The notes under the pieces were generated by a model. The model saw only the letters and a list, made by a program, of their open reading frames with translations, ran no database searches and had not been told where the DNA came from. DNA of 64,000 bases from a virus, in the IMG/VR virus record IMGVR_UViG_3300015024_000001, positions 67,992 to 131,991 of that record. One strand, given 5' to 3'. Positions 51,531 to 63,134 of the stretch are shown piece by piece (within the stretch, counting starts at the first letter, position 1; each line of letters opens with the position of its first letter). Both the position numbers and the translations under genes were made by a program.

Positions 51531-54500
51531 CACAAACTAGAGGACGATGGGCATTTGATATTGAATCAATGGCGTTGATCGATCATACAACTATTGACTA
51601 CACACAATCTCCTTATAGACCTAAACCTGAATTTATCATTGCTTATATACACTGTATTTGTTTTTTGGATGTTGATACAAATCAAACAGTTGACTTTATA
51701 AGAACAGATTATACTAACTTTGATGATTTTCGTGAAGCTGTCTTGCAGTTCATTGCTAAAAATGTTGAAGTATTCATTGCCCAAAATGGTTTAGACTTTG
51801 ACTGGCTAGTACTTAAGATTTTCTTTGATATTGACTACTTTGTAGCTGGTGATCCGACAGATCAGGATACTTTCAACGATAAACCTATTATCTTCCGTGA
51901 TACGTTAGTCATGTCTAAACTATTCAACTCTGAACGCTATGGTGGTCATAGTCTAGAAAGTTGGGGCGAAGAGTTTGGTTTTCCGAAGATCAACTGGCGT
52001 GCTAAAGCTATAGAACTTGGGCTAATCACAAAAGCAGATCCTAAAGGAGCAGAGTTCCACGTATACCATCCAGAGATGCTTATTTATTGCCGTACAGACG
52101 TTGCTATTACTGGTAGACTATTTCTGCACTTAGAGAGAGAAATGGAGGGCTGGAATTGGTTATCAGCTTTATTGTTAGAGCAGTCTGTTCGTGACATCAT
52201 TACTAAGCAATCTCACAGAGGTTTCAAGTTTGATATTAAGTTAGCGCAGGAATTACTTGTAGATCTTGACAGTAAAATGTTAGCACTTAAAGAACTTGTA
52301 GAACCTATAATACCAGCTAAACCTTTAACAAAAGCTAAGCTACAACTATGGACTCCACCCACACGACAATTAGTATATGCAGTTGTACCTGAACCACCTA
52401 AACAACAAGTAAAGAAAGATGGTAGACCAACACAACACATGCTTAACTATGCTATAAAGCTTGGTGGCACTATAGAGGGTGACTATGATATATTTCTCAA
52501 CCTAGTTATTGATGATACCCAACATCCTTTTTCTTCTACGGTTCCGCTAGATTATTGGACTGTTTTTAAACAAGTATCACAAAATAGTCTACCAGCTCTT
52601 GCTAGTAACATAGAAGCATGGGTACAAAAACACAATGGTTTCTTATACTACAATGATGACCAATGGTACGCCAACATAGAGGGAAATGATTATGCTTTAC
52701 CTATAGCAACAGAACCACTTAAACAACAAGAGACAGCATCTATACAAGATGTAACATACTTAAAAGGTTGGTTATGTAGTATGGGTTGGATTCCTACACA
52801 ATTTAAAGAGAAAGACCTCACAGTTAATACCAAAAAGACTAAACTAACACCCGAAAAATACCAAGAAACTGCCCAACGATATATTGACCAGACTTTAGGA
52901 TCACCATTCCGTAAGTTTCGCTATGAAAAGTTAGATGTACACAATGAAAAGCAGTTTGTCAATAAAGTACTTAACCACAGACTTGACCGACCTCTAAAGG
53001 TATATACTAACCCTTCTTTGACTGTTGGTATGTCTAAAGAGATTGACCCTGCTATTGCTGCGATTGCTGCTGTTTTTCCATATGCAAAACAAGTGTCAGA
53101 ATACTTGACCTACAACCATAGAAGAAACAGTATTGCATCTAATGGTTTTGTATTTGATACTTATGATCCCGATGATGACTTTAATAATGATGATGAACCA
53201 GATACAGGTTTCTTGTCAGCTTCACGTATCTACGAAGACGGTAGAATCCCTACACCAGCAGACTCTAATGGCTGTAATACTTCTCGTATGAAGCATAGAG
53301 TGGTTAACGTAAAAATAGCCTCTCTTTAAAAGAATTTGAATTGTCTGGGAAGCCGTAAGAGCCTTTATAACTACAACGTAAGTATGAAATAAGACTAAGC
53401 GTGAATGTTTGAAAATATAAAGGATTTGGTAATCAGCAGCTAAGATCCGAATAGGATAAAGTCCAACGACTAATTGTAGATTGTAAGCTATTGACAATCG
53501 AAGCGGATTCTGGTATATTAATAGAACGGTGAGTTTCACCTAATATACCAAAGATATAGTCTGATCTTTATTGAAAGATAAAGCAGTTCGCACACAAAAT
53601 GAACATCGTTTATCTACTCACTAACAAAACTAAAACTCAAGGTCGTTGCTTTTATATTGGCTCTAAACAAGAATGTTATCTTGTACCTGTGGGTGGTATT
53701 AACACCATTATTAGCTCAAAATCAGGAAAACCTTACTACTCTTCATCATCATCTTTTGAAATGAAGACGGATATGGAATCTGGTCATGTGTTTGAAGGAT
53801 CTATACTTGAAGAAGTTCCTGATAAAAAGAAGCTACTACAGGTTGAAAATAACTATATCAGACAGTGTAATGCAGCCAAATCTGATGAGTACTATAATAT
53901 CGGTAATGCTGTTTTAAACTGTCATGATCAAGATGCTGTTGCTAATAGATTTGGTCAGACTGTCAGAGAATTGGCTAGAGATAATTCTGCCCTGAGCAAA
54001 AGGGATAGCAATGCTGAAAAACTAGGATTTGCAAATTGTGGAGAGCTTGCTTTTCATGTATATGATCTAAAACAAAAAGATCCGACTACTAATTGGGCTA
54101 TTATCTCAAGAGAGTTAGGCTCAGATAGGCATTGGGCTGGTCGTTATATGAAAGACTTCAATATGGAGAAAGCAAAACAGGATCTCCAAAACACAAATAA
54201 AATTCCAGAATTGAGAAAATTAATTGCTGAGAATTGTTCTTTGTACTTTGCAGCTAAACTTCTTGACTTAGAGATACCAGCAGCTAGAGTTATTTTAGGC
54301 GACTTCAACAAACACATGGAGAGAACTTACTCTGTTGCTTTGTTGAACGGTAAGAGTAAAGAGGAAATGGAACTAGACATCACAAAACTCATACTAGATG
54401 GTTTTGGTTTTGTAGATGTATCTAAGAAATTAGGTGTAACAACTATTTCTGTAAAACGATATTTTTTAAGATGTGTGCGAAAACGGCTAAAGAGTAGCGA

Positions 54501-55474
54501 TCTTTAGTGAACATAAATGTGTAAATGTACCTAGAGGAACCTCTTTGTACGGTGGACAAATGCGTTCATTATTTGGAGTTGATGACCACTGCCTACAACT
54601 AGGTTTTGATTTTTCGGCGCTAGAAAACCGCATTCAAAGCCATTATGTTTTCAGATATGATACTGAAGGGCAACCTTATTGCAACTCCCTGCTAGGTGAT
54701 AAAGATTTAGGTGAAGACTGTCATACTTTAACTGCTAAATATATAAGCTCTATTATAGGCACTGACTTTAGTAGGGATGCTGCTAAACAGACAAGCTACG
54801 CATGTGCTTACGGTGCAGGTGATGCAAAAATATCTACAACAATTGGTGTTGATTTAGAAGTGGGTAAAGTAGTCCGACAAGCTTATTGGGAATCAGCTAA
54901 ACCTCTTTCTGATCTTAAAATTAGGCTTGAAGAATATTGGGAGAAAATAGGACAGAAGAAATTCATACTAGGACTTGATGGACGTAAATTACCTACACGT
55001 TCTAAATCCTCTCTGATTAACACCTTATTCCAGTCTGGAGGCACAATATGTGTAAAACGGGCTAGTGTTATGTTTGATCGTCTATTACGCTCTTACGGTT
55101 TAATATGTGACTTCTGGACAGAAGATTACAGGAATAAAACCTACGCACAAGAAATGATTTTGATGCACGATGAACTTCAGCTAGAAATCACAAAAGATTT
55201 GGTTAAATACCAGTACTTTCCTGTCACTGAATGGGAGTACGATAAGAAAAACAAACCTTTCTCTTCTACGGCTATTGCTAATATGCGTGAGTTTCGTTCT
55301 GAAAATCCAAACTGGTCTACGTCACACCAAACATCTGAAGGATACGAATTATCCTACTCTATAGTTGGTGACCTTGCATTACAAGCTGTAGAACAAGCTG
55401 GTACTTACTATAAGCTTAACGTACCTTTGACTGCTGAGTACGCAACAGGTTTAAATTGGAAAAACTGCCACTAA
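51527..55474 (+). CDS. polA: family A DNA polymerase split by a group I intron (exons 51527-53304 and 54520-55474)
   Basis: FDIE, NG..FD, YC..DV exonuclease motifs; DFSALENR, K...YA..YG, HDE polymerase motifs; junction RMKHRVV-VNVPRG in frame. Confidence 0.92.
53305..54519 (+). mobile_element. group I intron with homing endonuclease in the P9 region
   Basis: GGT/GCC P1 with U.G pair; AATTGTCTGGGAA, AATCAGCAGC, CCAACGACTA, AAGATATAGTCT; terminal G54519. Confidence 0.9.
53599..54507 (+). CDS. GIY-YIG (Seg-like) homing endonuclease
   Basis: IVYLLTN..FYIGSK..Y.SSS..E..YYN; C-terminal HTH-like segments. Confidence 0.8.
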   Translation: MNIVYLLTNKTKTQGRCFYIGSKQECYLVPVGGINTIISSKSGKPYYSSSSSFEMKTDMESGHVFEGSILEEVPDKKKLLQVENNYIRQCNAAKSDEYYNIGNAVLNCHDQDAVANRFGQTVRELARDNSALSKRDSNAEKLGFANCGELAFHVYDLKQKDPTTNWAIISRELGSDRHWAGRYMKDFNMEKAKQDLQNTNKIPELRKLIAENCSLYFAAKLLDLEIPAARVILGDFNKHMERTYSVALLNGKSKEEMELDITKLILDGFGFVDVSKKLGVTTISVKRYFLRCVRKRLKSSDL

Positions 55475-55477
55475 AAT

Positions 55478-55723
55478 ATGAGACAAGGTTTAATTACAGG
55501 TCATAATGTAGATGCTGTAGACCTCAATATTGGTCTACAGGCACTAAATAGATGTGGTTATGATGACCCACATACAGTTATGGTTATCACCTATGCTCTA
55601 CAACGGTGGGCAAAAGGGGAAGAAGATAAAGCGTTAAAAATGGCTATTGACCCTGAGTTTCATGGTATTAATCTGATATCATGGACACGAGTAATAGCTG
55701 CCGCAACTGGAATTAAAAACTAA
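55478..55723 (+). CDS. hypothetical protein
   Basis: 81-aa ORF. Confidence 0.6.
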   Translation: MRQGLITGHNVDAVDLNIGLQALNRCGYDDPHTVMVITYALQRWAKGEEDKALKMAIDPEFHGINLISWTRVIAAATGIKN

Positions 55724-55740
55724 CAACAAACAATAAAATT

Positions 55741-56559
55741 ATGTCCATTGAAATCATTAAGCCTGTTATCGTTAATAATGTCGAATTTTACATTTCCTCT
55801 AATGGTATGCAAAGTGGTATTTCTCAAAGTGGTTTATCACGTTTATGTGGTATTTCTGAAACTGCTATTCGTAATATCATTAATCAACCTCGAAGCAAAA
55901 CACCCTCAAAAGTTCTAGAATCCTTTGTAGGTAATATCTTTCACCTCGAACTTGGCTCTGATCAAGGTGCTAAAATCATCACAACTGAAGCTGCAACTGA
56001 GATTGTGTTTTACTATGCTTTCGACTCCAAGATGGCTAATGATATGGCGAAATTCAGTGCCAGAGAATTTGCAAAACAAGGTATGCATAACTGGATCAAA
56101 CAAGTTACAGGTTTTTCCGCTACAAATAACAACCAAGCATTGACGACAACTTTGAATGAACTTTACCACAACGTAAATATCTTGACACAAGAAATGCGTG
56201 AATGGCGTACAGTAAGACGTGTAGCTGACGCTAGTATGGAAGGTATTAATATTTTGATTGAAGAAATTAATCGAAGTGAAGAACACAAAGAGCCTGTTAT
56301 AAACACACGTACATATACTCTAGTAGAGTGGTTAGAGGAAGAAAAAGGTATTGCAGGTATGTCACATGGTAATAAAACTAAACTTGGACGTGCAACATCT
56401 GAAACATATAAATCTCTGAGACAATACAAACCTAGCAGAACAACTCGTATGGTAAGAAGCCGTAGAACTAATTGCTGGACACCTAATAAAACAAATGGTT
56501 ATACACAAGATGATTTTCCAATTCTTGAAGTAGCTTACAATGAATTTTTGTCAAGATAA
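55741..56559 (+). CDS. putative DNA-binding/antirepressor-like protein
   Basis: EFY....G.SQSGLSRLCGIS HTH-like N-terminus; function is inference. Confidence 0.55.
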   Translation: MSIEIIKPVIVNNVEFYISSNGMQSGISQSGLSRLCGISETAIRNIINQPRSKTPSKVLESFVGNIFHLELGSDQGAKIITTEAATEIVFYYAFDSKMANDMAKFSAREFAKQGMHNWIKQVTGFSATNNNQALTTTLNELYHNVNILTQEMREWRTVRRVADASMEGINILIEEINRSEEHKEPVINTRTYTLVEWLEEEKGIAGMSHGNKTKLGRATSETYKSLRQYKPSRTTRMVRSRRTNCWTPNKTNGYTQDDFPILEVAYNEFLSR

Positions 56560-58410
56560 TGGTGTTTAAATTGAATACAATCAGATATCGTCTAGACTAT
56601 AATACCTTCAGAAGTGCTACCCAGACTGAACATTCCTATACAATCCAATTCTCAGATAATGGTTATGATTGGTATGACCTTGAAGATGAGTTTCCAGAAA
56701 ATGTAGGACAACTTATAATCGAAGCACTAGAGTCTGCTAACTTTATACATTTTGATGACCTCCGACCTAAGTGGACTAACAACTAAATTATGCTATCTTA
56801 CTTACTAGCCTTATCAGTTCAAGTTTTTAACCCTATAGTCACCCAGAAATACTATAATTCTGGCGACTGTTCTTATGTACGTCCAGAATTATGTACACCA
56901 TCTGAGTACGGTGTGTACTGCGATGATGGTACATATCATGAACTTACTCGCTCTAGATACTATAGAACGCGTATAGGTGATAAATGTCCTACGTAGTTGT
57001 GATATAATCTTGACATGTCCCTAATTTACACACATCAAGAAAATAAAAAAGAGTCACCTTTCCTGTGGCTTAGATTTCTACCTAATAATAAGCTAGAAGT
57101 TCTTACAGATAATCTACCAAAAACAGTTGATCTAAAACGTATAGATGCTATAATAAAGCAACTATATCCGACTGCAAGAAATGTCACTAGAGACAAACCT
57201 TCAAAATAGATTATTAAATTTAACACCTAGCTATGAACAACAATTGCATTATGCGACTATTTTTCGTGCGTTACCAGAGCTTGCTCTTAATACAGCATAT
57301 GTGGATGGTTACAATACTGCATCTATATTTTATATCGAGATAATCGAAAAACTAGTCACAAGAATCATAGAATAAAAAACAAATGACTAACTTACTATCA
57401 TCCTATCGAGACATTATAGAGACTTACCTTACAGGTCTTCGTACTCAACTTAATGCAAATTTCACATTCCATATGGATCTAGAAGAAGGATCTGTTACTT
57501 TTAAGAGAAGTATACCTTGCACATCTAAAGATGTGGTTCTAGTTATAAAATATACCTTTGATAAAGAAACATTAGAGTGTGAAAAACCTAGTGCAGAAGT
57601 ATTGAAAATTTGCCTATGGGGTCTAGCAAATACTACTAAAGAGTTTTTATTTCCTTATGATGAATTAACAAAATATGCAGTATAAAATACAAGGATCTGT
57701 CCAACAAATCCAAATCTTAACTGCATATTTTTCTGATTATGAAAACTATAAATATGAAGTCAAGTACAAACACTTGCATATATATACGGGTGATAATGAT
57801 GACTGCACTATAGCTTTTCTTTCTACGGTTAGTTCTATTCTCAAGCAATCTGTTTCTATTGACTATATGACTCAATCACTTATTAAGTTTGTAATTTTAT
57901 GAAGAAAACCTATATAAACCTGCGCTACGATTCAGATGCAATCAAAGAAGAGTTTCTTATCTTATTGCACAGCGATAATCTACGTATTAACTCTTATCAG
58001 CTAGAAGAAGACGGTTATGATCTATATGTTGATAGTAAAGAAGTTTCATACTTTTTAGGAGATCTTGCATGTTATTTTATCACTGTCTTAGAAAGAGAAG
58101 ACAGAGAGTATTACGGTCACGTTGACTCTAGTATTGATGAAATGTTTAGTATCTGTCTATATAAGAAAGAAGATGACAATCCAACTTCGGTAACTGTATG
58201 ACTATAGGTTTTAAAGATAGTAGTAGGCAGATTGTATACAGCCCCGATGCTGATTTTACTAATGGCTCATTATGTATTTATTTACAGCCAACTGCCGATG
58301 AACTAGAAACTTTGCATACCAATGCTAAAGCCAATAGAGATGCTATTTGGGACTACACACCTTACTATAACCGCTATCTTGAAATTGTAATACCAACAAC
58401 AGAGGAATAA
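56559..58410 (+). CDS. cluster of about 8 small hypothetical genes
   Basis: Co-directional ORFs, many with overlapping stop/start codons. Confidence 0.55.
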
Positions 58411-61158
58411 ATGACTTTCAATTTCCCTTCTAACACAGCTAATCCTACATTTTTCCGTACTTATAGCCGCTTAAAAGAAGACCTTAAAACAAAAGAATCT
58501 GTCAACGAAGTATTTGAGCGTGGTTTAGATGGTTTGTTTAAGCTTGGTTCTTATACAGATGAAGAACAAGAATTGATTCGTACCAATCTTTACTCTCTAC
58601 ATACACTATTTAGTGGTCGTTGGATGTGGGTTGGTGGTATGCCTTTCTTAGAGAAGGAAAAGAACTACTATGCATCTTATAACTGTATTGGTATGTCAAC
58701 AGAAGGTTTAGCTGATTTTGGTAGATGTTTCAATTTGTTGATGCAAGGTTGTGGTGTTGGTGCTTCTATTACTAAACCAGAATTAGAAAAACTACCACCT
58801 ATTATTACAGGTGTTACTTTATTAAATATCACTGACCAAGAAGATATTGGCTCACGTAGAGAGAATGTACAAGACCATACCTATTTTTATAATGGTACTT
58901 TGTATGTAGGAGATTCGCGTGAAGCTTGGGTTGATGCTATTTTATTTATTTTAAAACTCTTTACAACACATGGTGAATGGGATATTTTTATTGATCTTAA
59001 GAGTCCACGTAAAGCAGGGACACCAATTAAAGGTTTTGGTGGTGTTGCTAATCCAACAGATCTTCGCCAGTTATTCCTTGACACTATTGAGATGTTGAAC
59101 TCTTACGTATACCGTGAATGGGATAGTTTTCTTGCAGCTTGGTTGTATGCTCGTGTAGCTAAGTGTACGGTCGCTGGGAACGTCCGTAGATCTGCCGAAC
59201 TTATGCAAGGCTCAGAAGATGATCCTATATTTACTGAAATGAAAACAGGAATGTGGCAACAAACACCTGAAGGTAAGTGGTCTATTGATCCTAAGAAAGA
59301 CCCTCTTAGAATGGCTAATCACAGCCGCATGTTTTTCCACAAACCTTCTTATGAAGAGTTAGAGAGTGCAGTTCGTAAACAATATTACTCTGGTGAAGGT
59401 GCTATTGCTTATGCACCAATGGCAATTATCAGATGTAATGTTGACCTCTTAGATACAGATGGTAAACAAAATTACTTCCATGCTTTGTATCTATGTGATC
59501 CTGAGAAAGCTCTTGATTATCTGTCAGAACTTGCTGCATTAAAAGGGTTAATTCTTACACCAGAAGAACTTGAACATAGGATAGGAAGATGGAGAGCCAA
59601 TCCTTGTTTTGTTGCTGACACTTTAATTACAACTAGAGATGGTCAGTTTCCTATTGTTGATCTTGTAGGTAAAGAAGTTGACATTTGGGACGGAGATCAA
59701 TGGGTAACTATTGATAACTTCCGAGTGACAGGTGAAAACCAACAAGTCTATACTATTACCTTAAAATCAGGTGATAAAATCACAGCAACACCTCACCACA
59801 CATTCATTCTTGAATCTTGTTTTGTAGCTAAACTATACGACTTGAAGATTGGTGATAGACTTATTACTCATAATAAAGGTAAGAGGATGTTACCAGAATT
59901 GGGTTGGAATCAGATTGTCAGTATTGAGGATTCTGGCATTGTTGACAAGGTTTACTGTTGTACAGTTCCTACTAATAACAGAGTCTCATTAACCTGTGGT
60001 ATTATTACTGGACAGTGTGTTGAAGTTCTTGGTAAAGACTTCCTCTGCAACCTTGCGGAGATTCACTTGAATCAACTAGACCCTTTGAACCGACAACAGC
60101 AAAAAGAAGCTTTTCGTGCTGGTGGTTTGATTACAGCTTCGTTATTGGCACATCAGTTTGACGACGAAAAATTCCGCTACAGTCGTGAGATCGACCCTAT
60201 CGTTGGTGTATCTTTCACAGGTTTGTTTGACTTCTTTGTGAATCTATTCGGTGCTGATTGGTTGAAATGGTGGCAAGCGGGTCGTCCAGAAGAATGGATT
60301 ACACCTAATTCAGAACAACTACAAAAAGTCTGGTTTGTTACTGACTGTTATCCTGAAGAGGTATCTTATGGTAATATTTATCGTAGAATCGAAAAGATAT
60401 ATTTGTCATTCTGGCGCAACTGTGCAATGAACGCAGTTTGGGAATATTGTGACCGCAATGGTTTAAGACGACCTAATCGTATAACCGTTGTACAGCCAGC
60501 AGGAACAAAGTCTCTGTTGACAGGTGCTTCTTGTGGTTATCATCCTCCAAAAGCTTCACGTTATATTAGACGTATTACCTTTGCTAAGAATGATCCTATC
60601 GCTCTTGCTTGTATTGACTATGGTTATTCTGTTGTACCATCACAATCTGATAAAGATGTTAATGGACATCTACTAGATGATCCGTTTGATCCCCGTTGTA
60701 CCGAATGGTTGGTGGAGATCCCTATAGAAGTTCCTTGGGCAAATATTGCAGATGAAGCACAGTTAGACCCTAACCAGTTTTCTGCTGTAGCACAGTTTGA
60801 CTTCTTTATGCAAGTACAGACTTACTATACTCAGCATAATACGTCTTCAACTATTGAACTCCGAGAACATGAGATTCCAGAACTTGCGCAGGCAATCCAC
60901 ACAGCAATTCAAACTAATCAACCCTACTTTTCTACGGCTCTTTTGTCTAGATTTGACTCGTTTGAATCATTTCCACGATTACCTTTTGAACCTGTATCAC
61001 AAGAGAAGTATAATGAGTTGGTCTCTAGTGTCCTTGCCAGACGCAAATCTGAAGACTTTCATGCTCTGATGTCACAGTACCAGAAGGGTGTTGAGTTTGA
61101 GGACGACCGCGGCTCTGTAGCTTGTGAGTCTGAGGTATGCTTTATAGTTAGAAAATAA
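58411..61158 (+). CDS. nrdJ: class II (B12-dependent) ribonucleotide reductase with intein
   Basis: FFRTYSR, SGRWMWVGG, YNC, LLMQGCGVG, VAGNVRRSA, NP|CVE, CNLAE, VQPAGTKSLL, C-terminal ACESEVC. Confidence 0.93.
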   Translation: MTFNFPSNTANPTFFRTYSRLKEDLKTKESVNEVFERGLDGLFKLGSYTDEEQELIRTNLYSLHTLFSGRWMWVGGMPFLEKEKNYYASYNCIGMSTEGLADFGRCFNLLMQGCGVGASITKPELEKLPPIITGVTLLNITDQEDIGSRRENVQDHTYFYNGTLYVGDSREAWVDAILFILKLFTTHGEWDIFIDLKSPRKAGTPIKGFGGVANPTDLRQLFLDTIEMLNSYVYREWDSFLAAWLYARVAKCTVAGNVRRSAELMQGSEDDPIFTEMKTGMWQQTPEGKWSIDPKKDPLRMANHSRMFFHKPSYEELESAVRKQYYSGEGAIAYAPMAIIRCNVDLLDTDGKQNYFHALYLCDPEKALDYLSELAALKGLILTPEELEHRIGRWRANPCFVADTLITTRDGQFPIVDLVGKEVDIWDGDQWVTIDNFRVTGENQQVYTITLKSGDKITATPHHTFILESCFVAKLYDLKIGDRLITHNKGKRMLPELGWNQIVSIEDSGIVDKVYCCTVPTNNRVSLTCGIITGQCVEVLGKDFLCNLAEIHLNQLDPLNRQQQKEAFRAGGLITASLLAHQFDDEKFRYSREIDPIVGVSFTGLFDFFVNLFGADWLKWWQAGRPEEWITPNSEQLQKVWFVTDCYPEEVSYGNIYRRIEKIYLSFWRNCAMNAVWEYCDRNGLRRPNRITVVQPAGTKSLLTGASCGYHPPKASRYIRRITFAKNDPIALACIDYGYSVVPSQSDKDVNGHLLDDPFDPRCTEWLVEIPIEVPWANIADEAQLDPNQFSAVAQFDFFMQVQTYYTQHNTSSTIELREHEIPELAQAIHTAIQTNQPYFSTALLSRFDSFESFPRLPFEPVSQEKYNELVSSVLARRKSEDFHALMSQYQKGVEFEDDRGSVACESEVCFIVRK
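59605..60015 (+). mobile_element. 137-aa mini-intein at the NP|C active site of NrdJ
   Basis: Starts CFVADTLITT, block B ATPHHTF, ends VYC..IITGQ followed by Cys+1; no endonuclease domain. Confidence 0.9.
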
Positions 61159-61422
61159 AAATGCGTATAATAAAAGCTCGATATTTGACTGGTGTTGTTA
61201 TTGATCTTAAAGATTCTATGGAGTCTTTAAAGTGGTTAATAAATAACAGAATTTATTTATCGAGTTTTTATTATGAAAATATAAACATAGAAGAGGAATA
61301 CTTATGACTTCCGTATTACAAGATTGGGTTCAAGATTTGACAAAAAACAATACGAGAAGCCGACAAGCTCTGCACTTTAGTGCTGAGTAGAGGCGAACGG
61401 CGGTTTCAACCGCCAGTAGATA

Positions 61423-61824
61423 TTAGCTGTGATGTGGGTCTTCAATATATTTTTTGATTACGGCAGAGCTAACATTGCCAGCACTAGAAACAAAATAAGA
61501 CCTAGACCATAGACTAGGCAGTTTTAGAAGCTCTGGAAATTCCTTCCTTAGATAGTAAGAGCTTCTACCCTTAAAAGCCTTTATGACTAGGTGAGGGGCT
61601 TCTGTTGGAGGTACTGAAACGAATAAGTGGATATGGTCTGGAGCTATCTCAAGAGCTAAAATATCCCACCCATTCTCAACCGCTAAGGTATGGAATATTT
61701 CAGCAGCCCGTCTAGCCACGCCATTAACCAAAACCTTCTTCCTTCTTTTAGGACACCAGACAAAATGCAGATTTAATAAATACTTGCAATGATGTCCACT
61801 TTTATAGTCAGATTCTTTTAACAT
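61423..61824 (-). CDS. tnpA: IS200/IS605 Y1 transposase
   Basis: HFVWCPKRR, PDHIH, FKGRSS, LWSRSYF, KKYIE. Confidence 0.95.
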   Translation of the reverse strand: MLKESDYKSGHHCKYLLNLHFVWCPKRRKKVLVNGVARRAAEIFHTLAVENGWDILALEIAPDHIHLFVSVPPTEAPHLVIKAFKGRSSYYLRKEFPELLKLPSLWSRSYFVSSAGNVSSAVIKKYIEDPHHS

Positions 61825-61886
61825 AGATTGTCGTTTGTGTTCTACTTATCGACAATCTATGTTATCATATAACCTATACGGTACAA

Positions 61887-63134
61887 GTGAAACCAATGTA
61901 TGGATGTCAGCAAATATTAATTAGTCCAGACAAAGATTTAAGAGCGATCTTAGAATTTGTTTGTGAGCAATCAAATAAGCTTGCGAACTGCGGAACTTAC
62001 TATGCAAGGCAATTGTATTTTAAGACTGGAAGACTTCCTACGAAATACGATTTGCATAAACTACTTAAAGGTAATCCACATTTTCAAGCTTTGTACTCCC
62101 ATGTTGCACAGCAAACCTTAACCAGTGTCGCAGAGTCGTTTAAGTCCTTTAAGGAACTATCGAAGCTATTCAAATCTGGCAAGTTAGCCAACAAGCCTAG
62201 ACTTCCTCAGTACAAGAAAAATAGCCTTAAATTAGCTACTTTCCCAAAAGCTGATGTAAAGCTAAAAGATGGATTATTACGCTTACCACTTGGCTCTAAG
62301 GTTAAGGCGTGGTTTGGATTAGATGCTTTCTATCTGCCAATGCCAAGCAATCTCAACTTTGCAGATATTAAAGAAATTCGTATTTTGCCCCGTAACCGAT
62401 GCTTCTATGCTGAGTTTATCTACAAGTTAGAAGTTAAGAAACCCGTCTTAGATCCTGCTAAAGCGCTTGGCATAGATCACGGAATCAATAACTGGTTAAC
62501 TTGCATTTCTAATGTTGGAACTAGCTTTATTGTTGATGGCAAGTGGTTAAAATCTGCTAATCAGTGGTACAACAAATCAGTTTCTACCATCAAAGAAAAT
62601 AAGCCTAACGGATTCTGGTCAAACCGCTTGGCTAGGATTACAGAAAAGCGTAACCGACAAATGCGCGATGCTGTAAATAAAGCGGCTCGTATTGTGGTTA
62701 ACCATTGTCTGAATAATGGCATTGGCAAGATCGTTTTTGGTTGGAATATCGGTCAAAAAGATTCTGCCAATATGGGAGCAAAAACTAATCAAAAGTTTGT
62801 CCAAATTCCTACCGCTAAGCTCAAAGAACGAATTAAACAACTGTGCGAACTCTATGGAATTGAGTTCATAGAAACTGAAGAAAGTTATACTTCCAAGTCT
62901 TCGTTTGTGGATAGAGACTATTTACCTACTATTGGTGCAAAACCCGATGGGTGGAAAGAATCTGGCAGACGGGTTAAGCGTGGTTTGTATCGCACTGGTT
63001 CGCTTAATTGGTACATCAACGCAGACTGTAATGGTGCTGCAAATATACTCAGAAAAGTAGCGACAATATTAGGGCTTTGCCTTAATGGAGTTGGTAGAGG
63101 GACTTTGGCAGCCCCTCAGAGAATTAAAGTTTAA
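61887..63134 (+). CDS. tnpB: TnpB family protein
   Basis: GIDHG, EESYTSK, INADCNGAANI. The usual RuvC-II Glu position reads IVFGWN and the zinc finger is absent; nuclease activity is uncertain. Confidence 0.9.
   Translation: MKPMYGCQQILISPDKDLRAILEFVCEQSNKLANCGTYYARQLYFKTGRLPTKYDLHKLLKGNPHFQALYSHVAQQTLTSVAESFKSFKELSKLFKSGKLANKPRLPQYKKNSLKLATFPKADVKLKDGLLRLPLGSKVKAWFGLDAFYLPMPSNLNFADIKEIRILPRNRCFYAEFIYKLEVKKPVLDPAKALGIDHGINNWLTCISNVGTSFIVDGKWLKSANQWYNKSVSTIKENKPNGFWSNRLARITEKRNRQMRDAVNKAARIVVNHCLNNGIGKIVFGWNIGQKDSANMGAKTNQKFVQIPTAKLKERIKQLCELYGIEFIETEESYTSKSSFVDRDYLPTIGAKPDGWKESGRRVKRGLYRTGSLNWYINADCNGAANILRKVATILGLCLNGVGRGTLAAPQRIKV

Larger units (their letters stand above)
257..57828. repeat. 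dispersed motif TTCTYTTCTAYG(G) and close variants, about 40 copies
   Basis: Read directly, e.g. 258, 882, 1322rc, 7235rc, 7256, 9546, 17228, 18621rc, 27535, 38394, 47952rc, 55259. Confidence 0.9.

Noticed and set aside
41489-54519. AAA ATPase and DNA polymerase as broken pseudogenes
   Set aside because: Group I intron cores and in-frame splice junctions explain both splits
1527-62840. Many short antisense or nested ORFs in the track (e.g. 1527-1742, 3524-3748, 13437-13730, 44632-44817, 53222-53539)
   Set aside because: They overlap better-supported genes or RNAs and have no recognisable motifs
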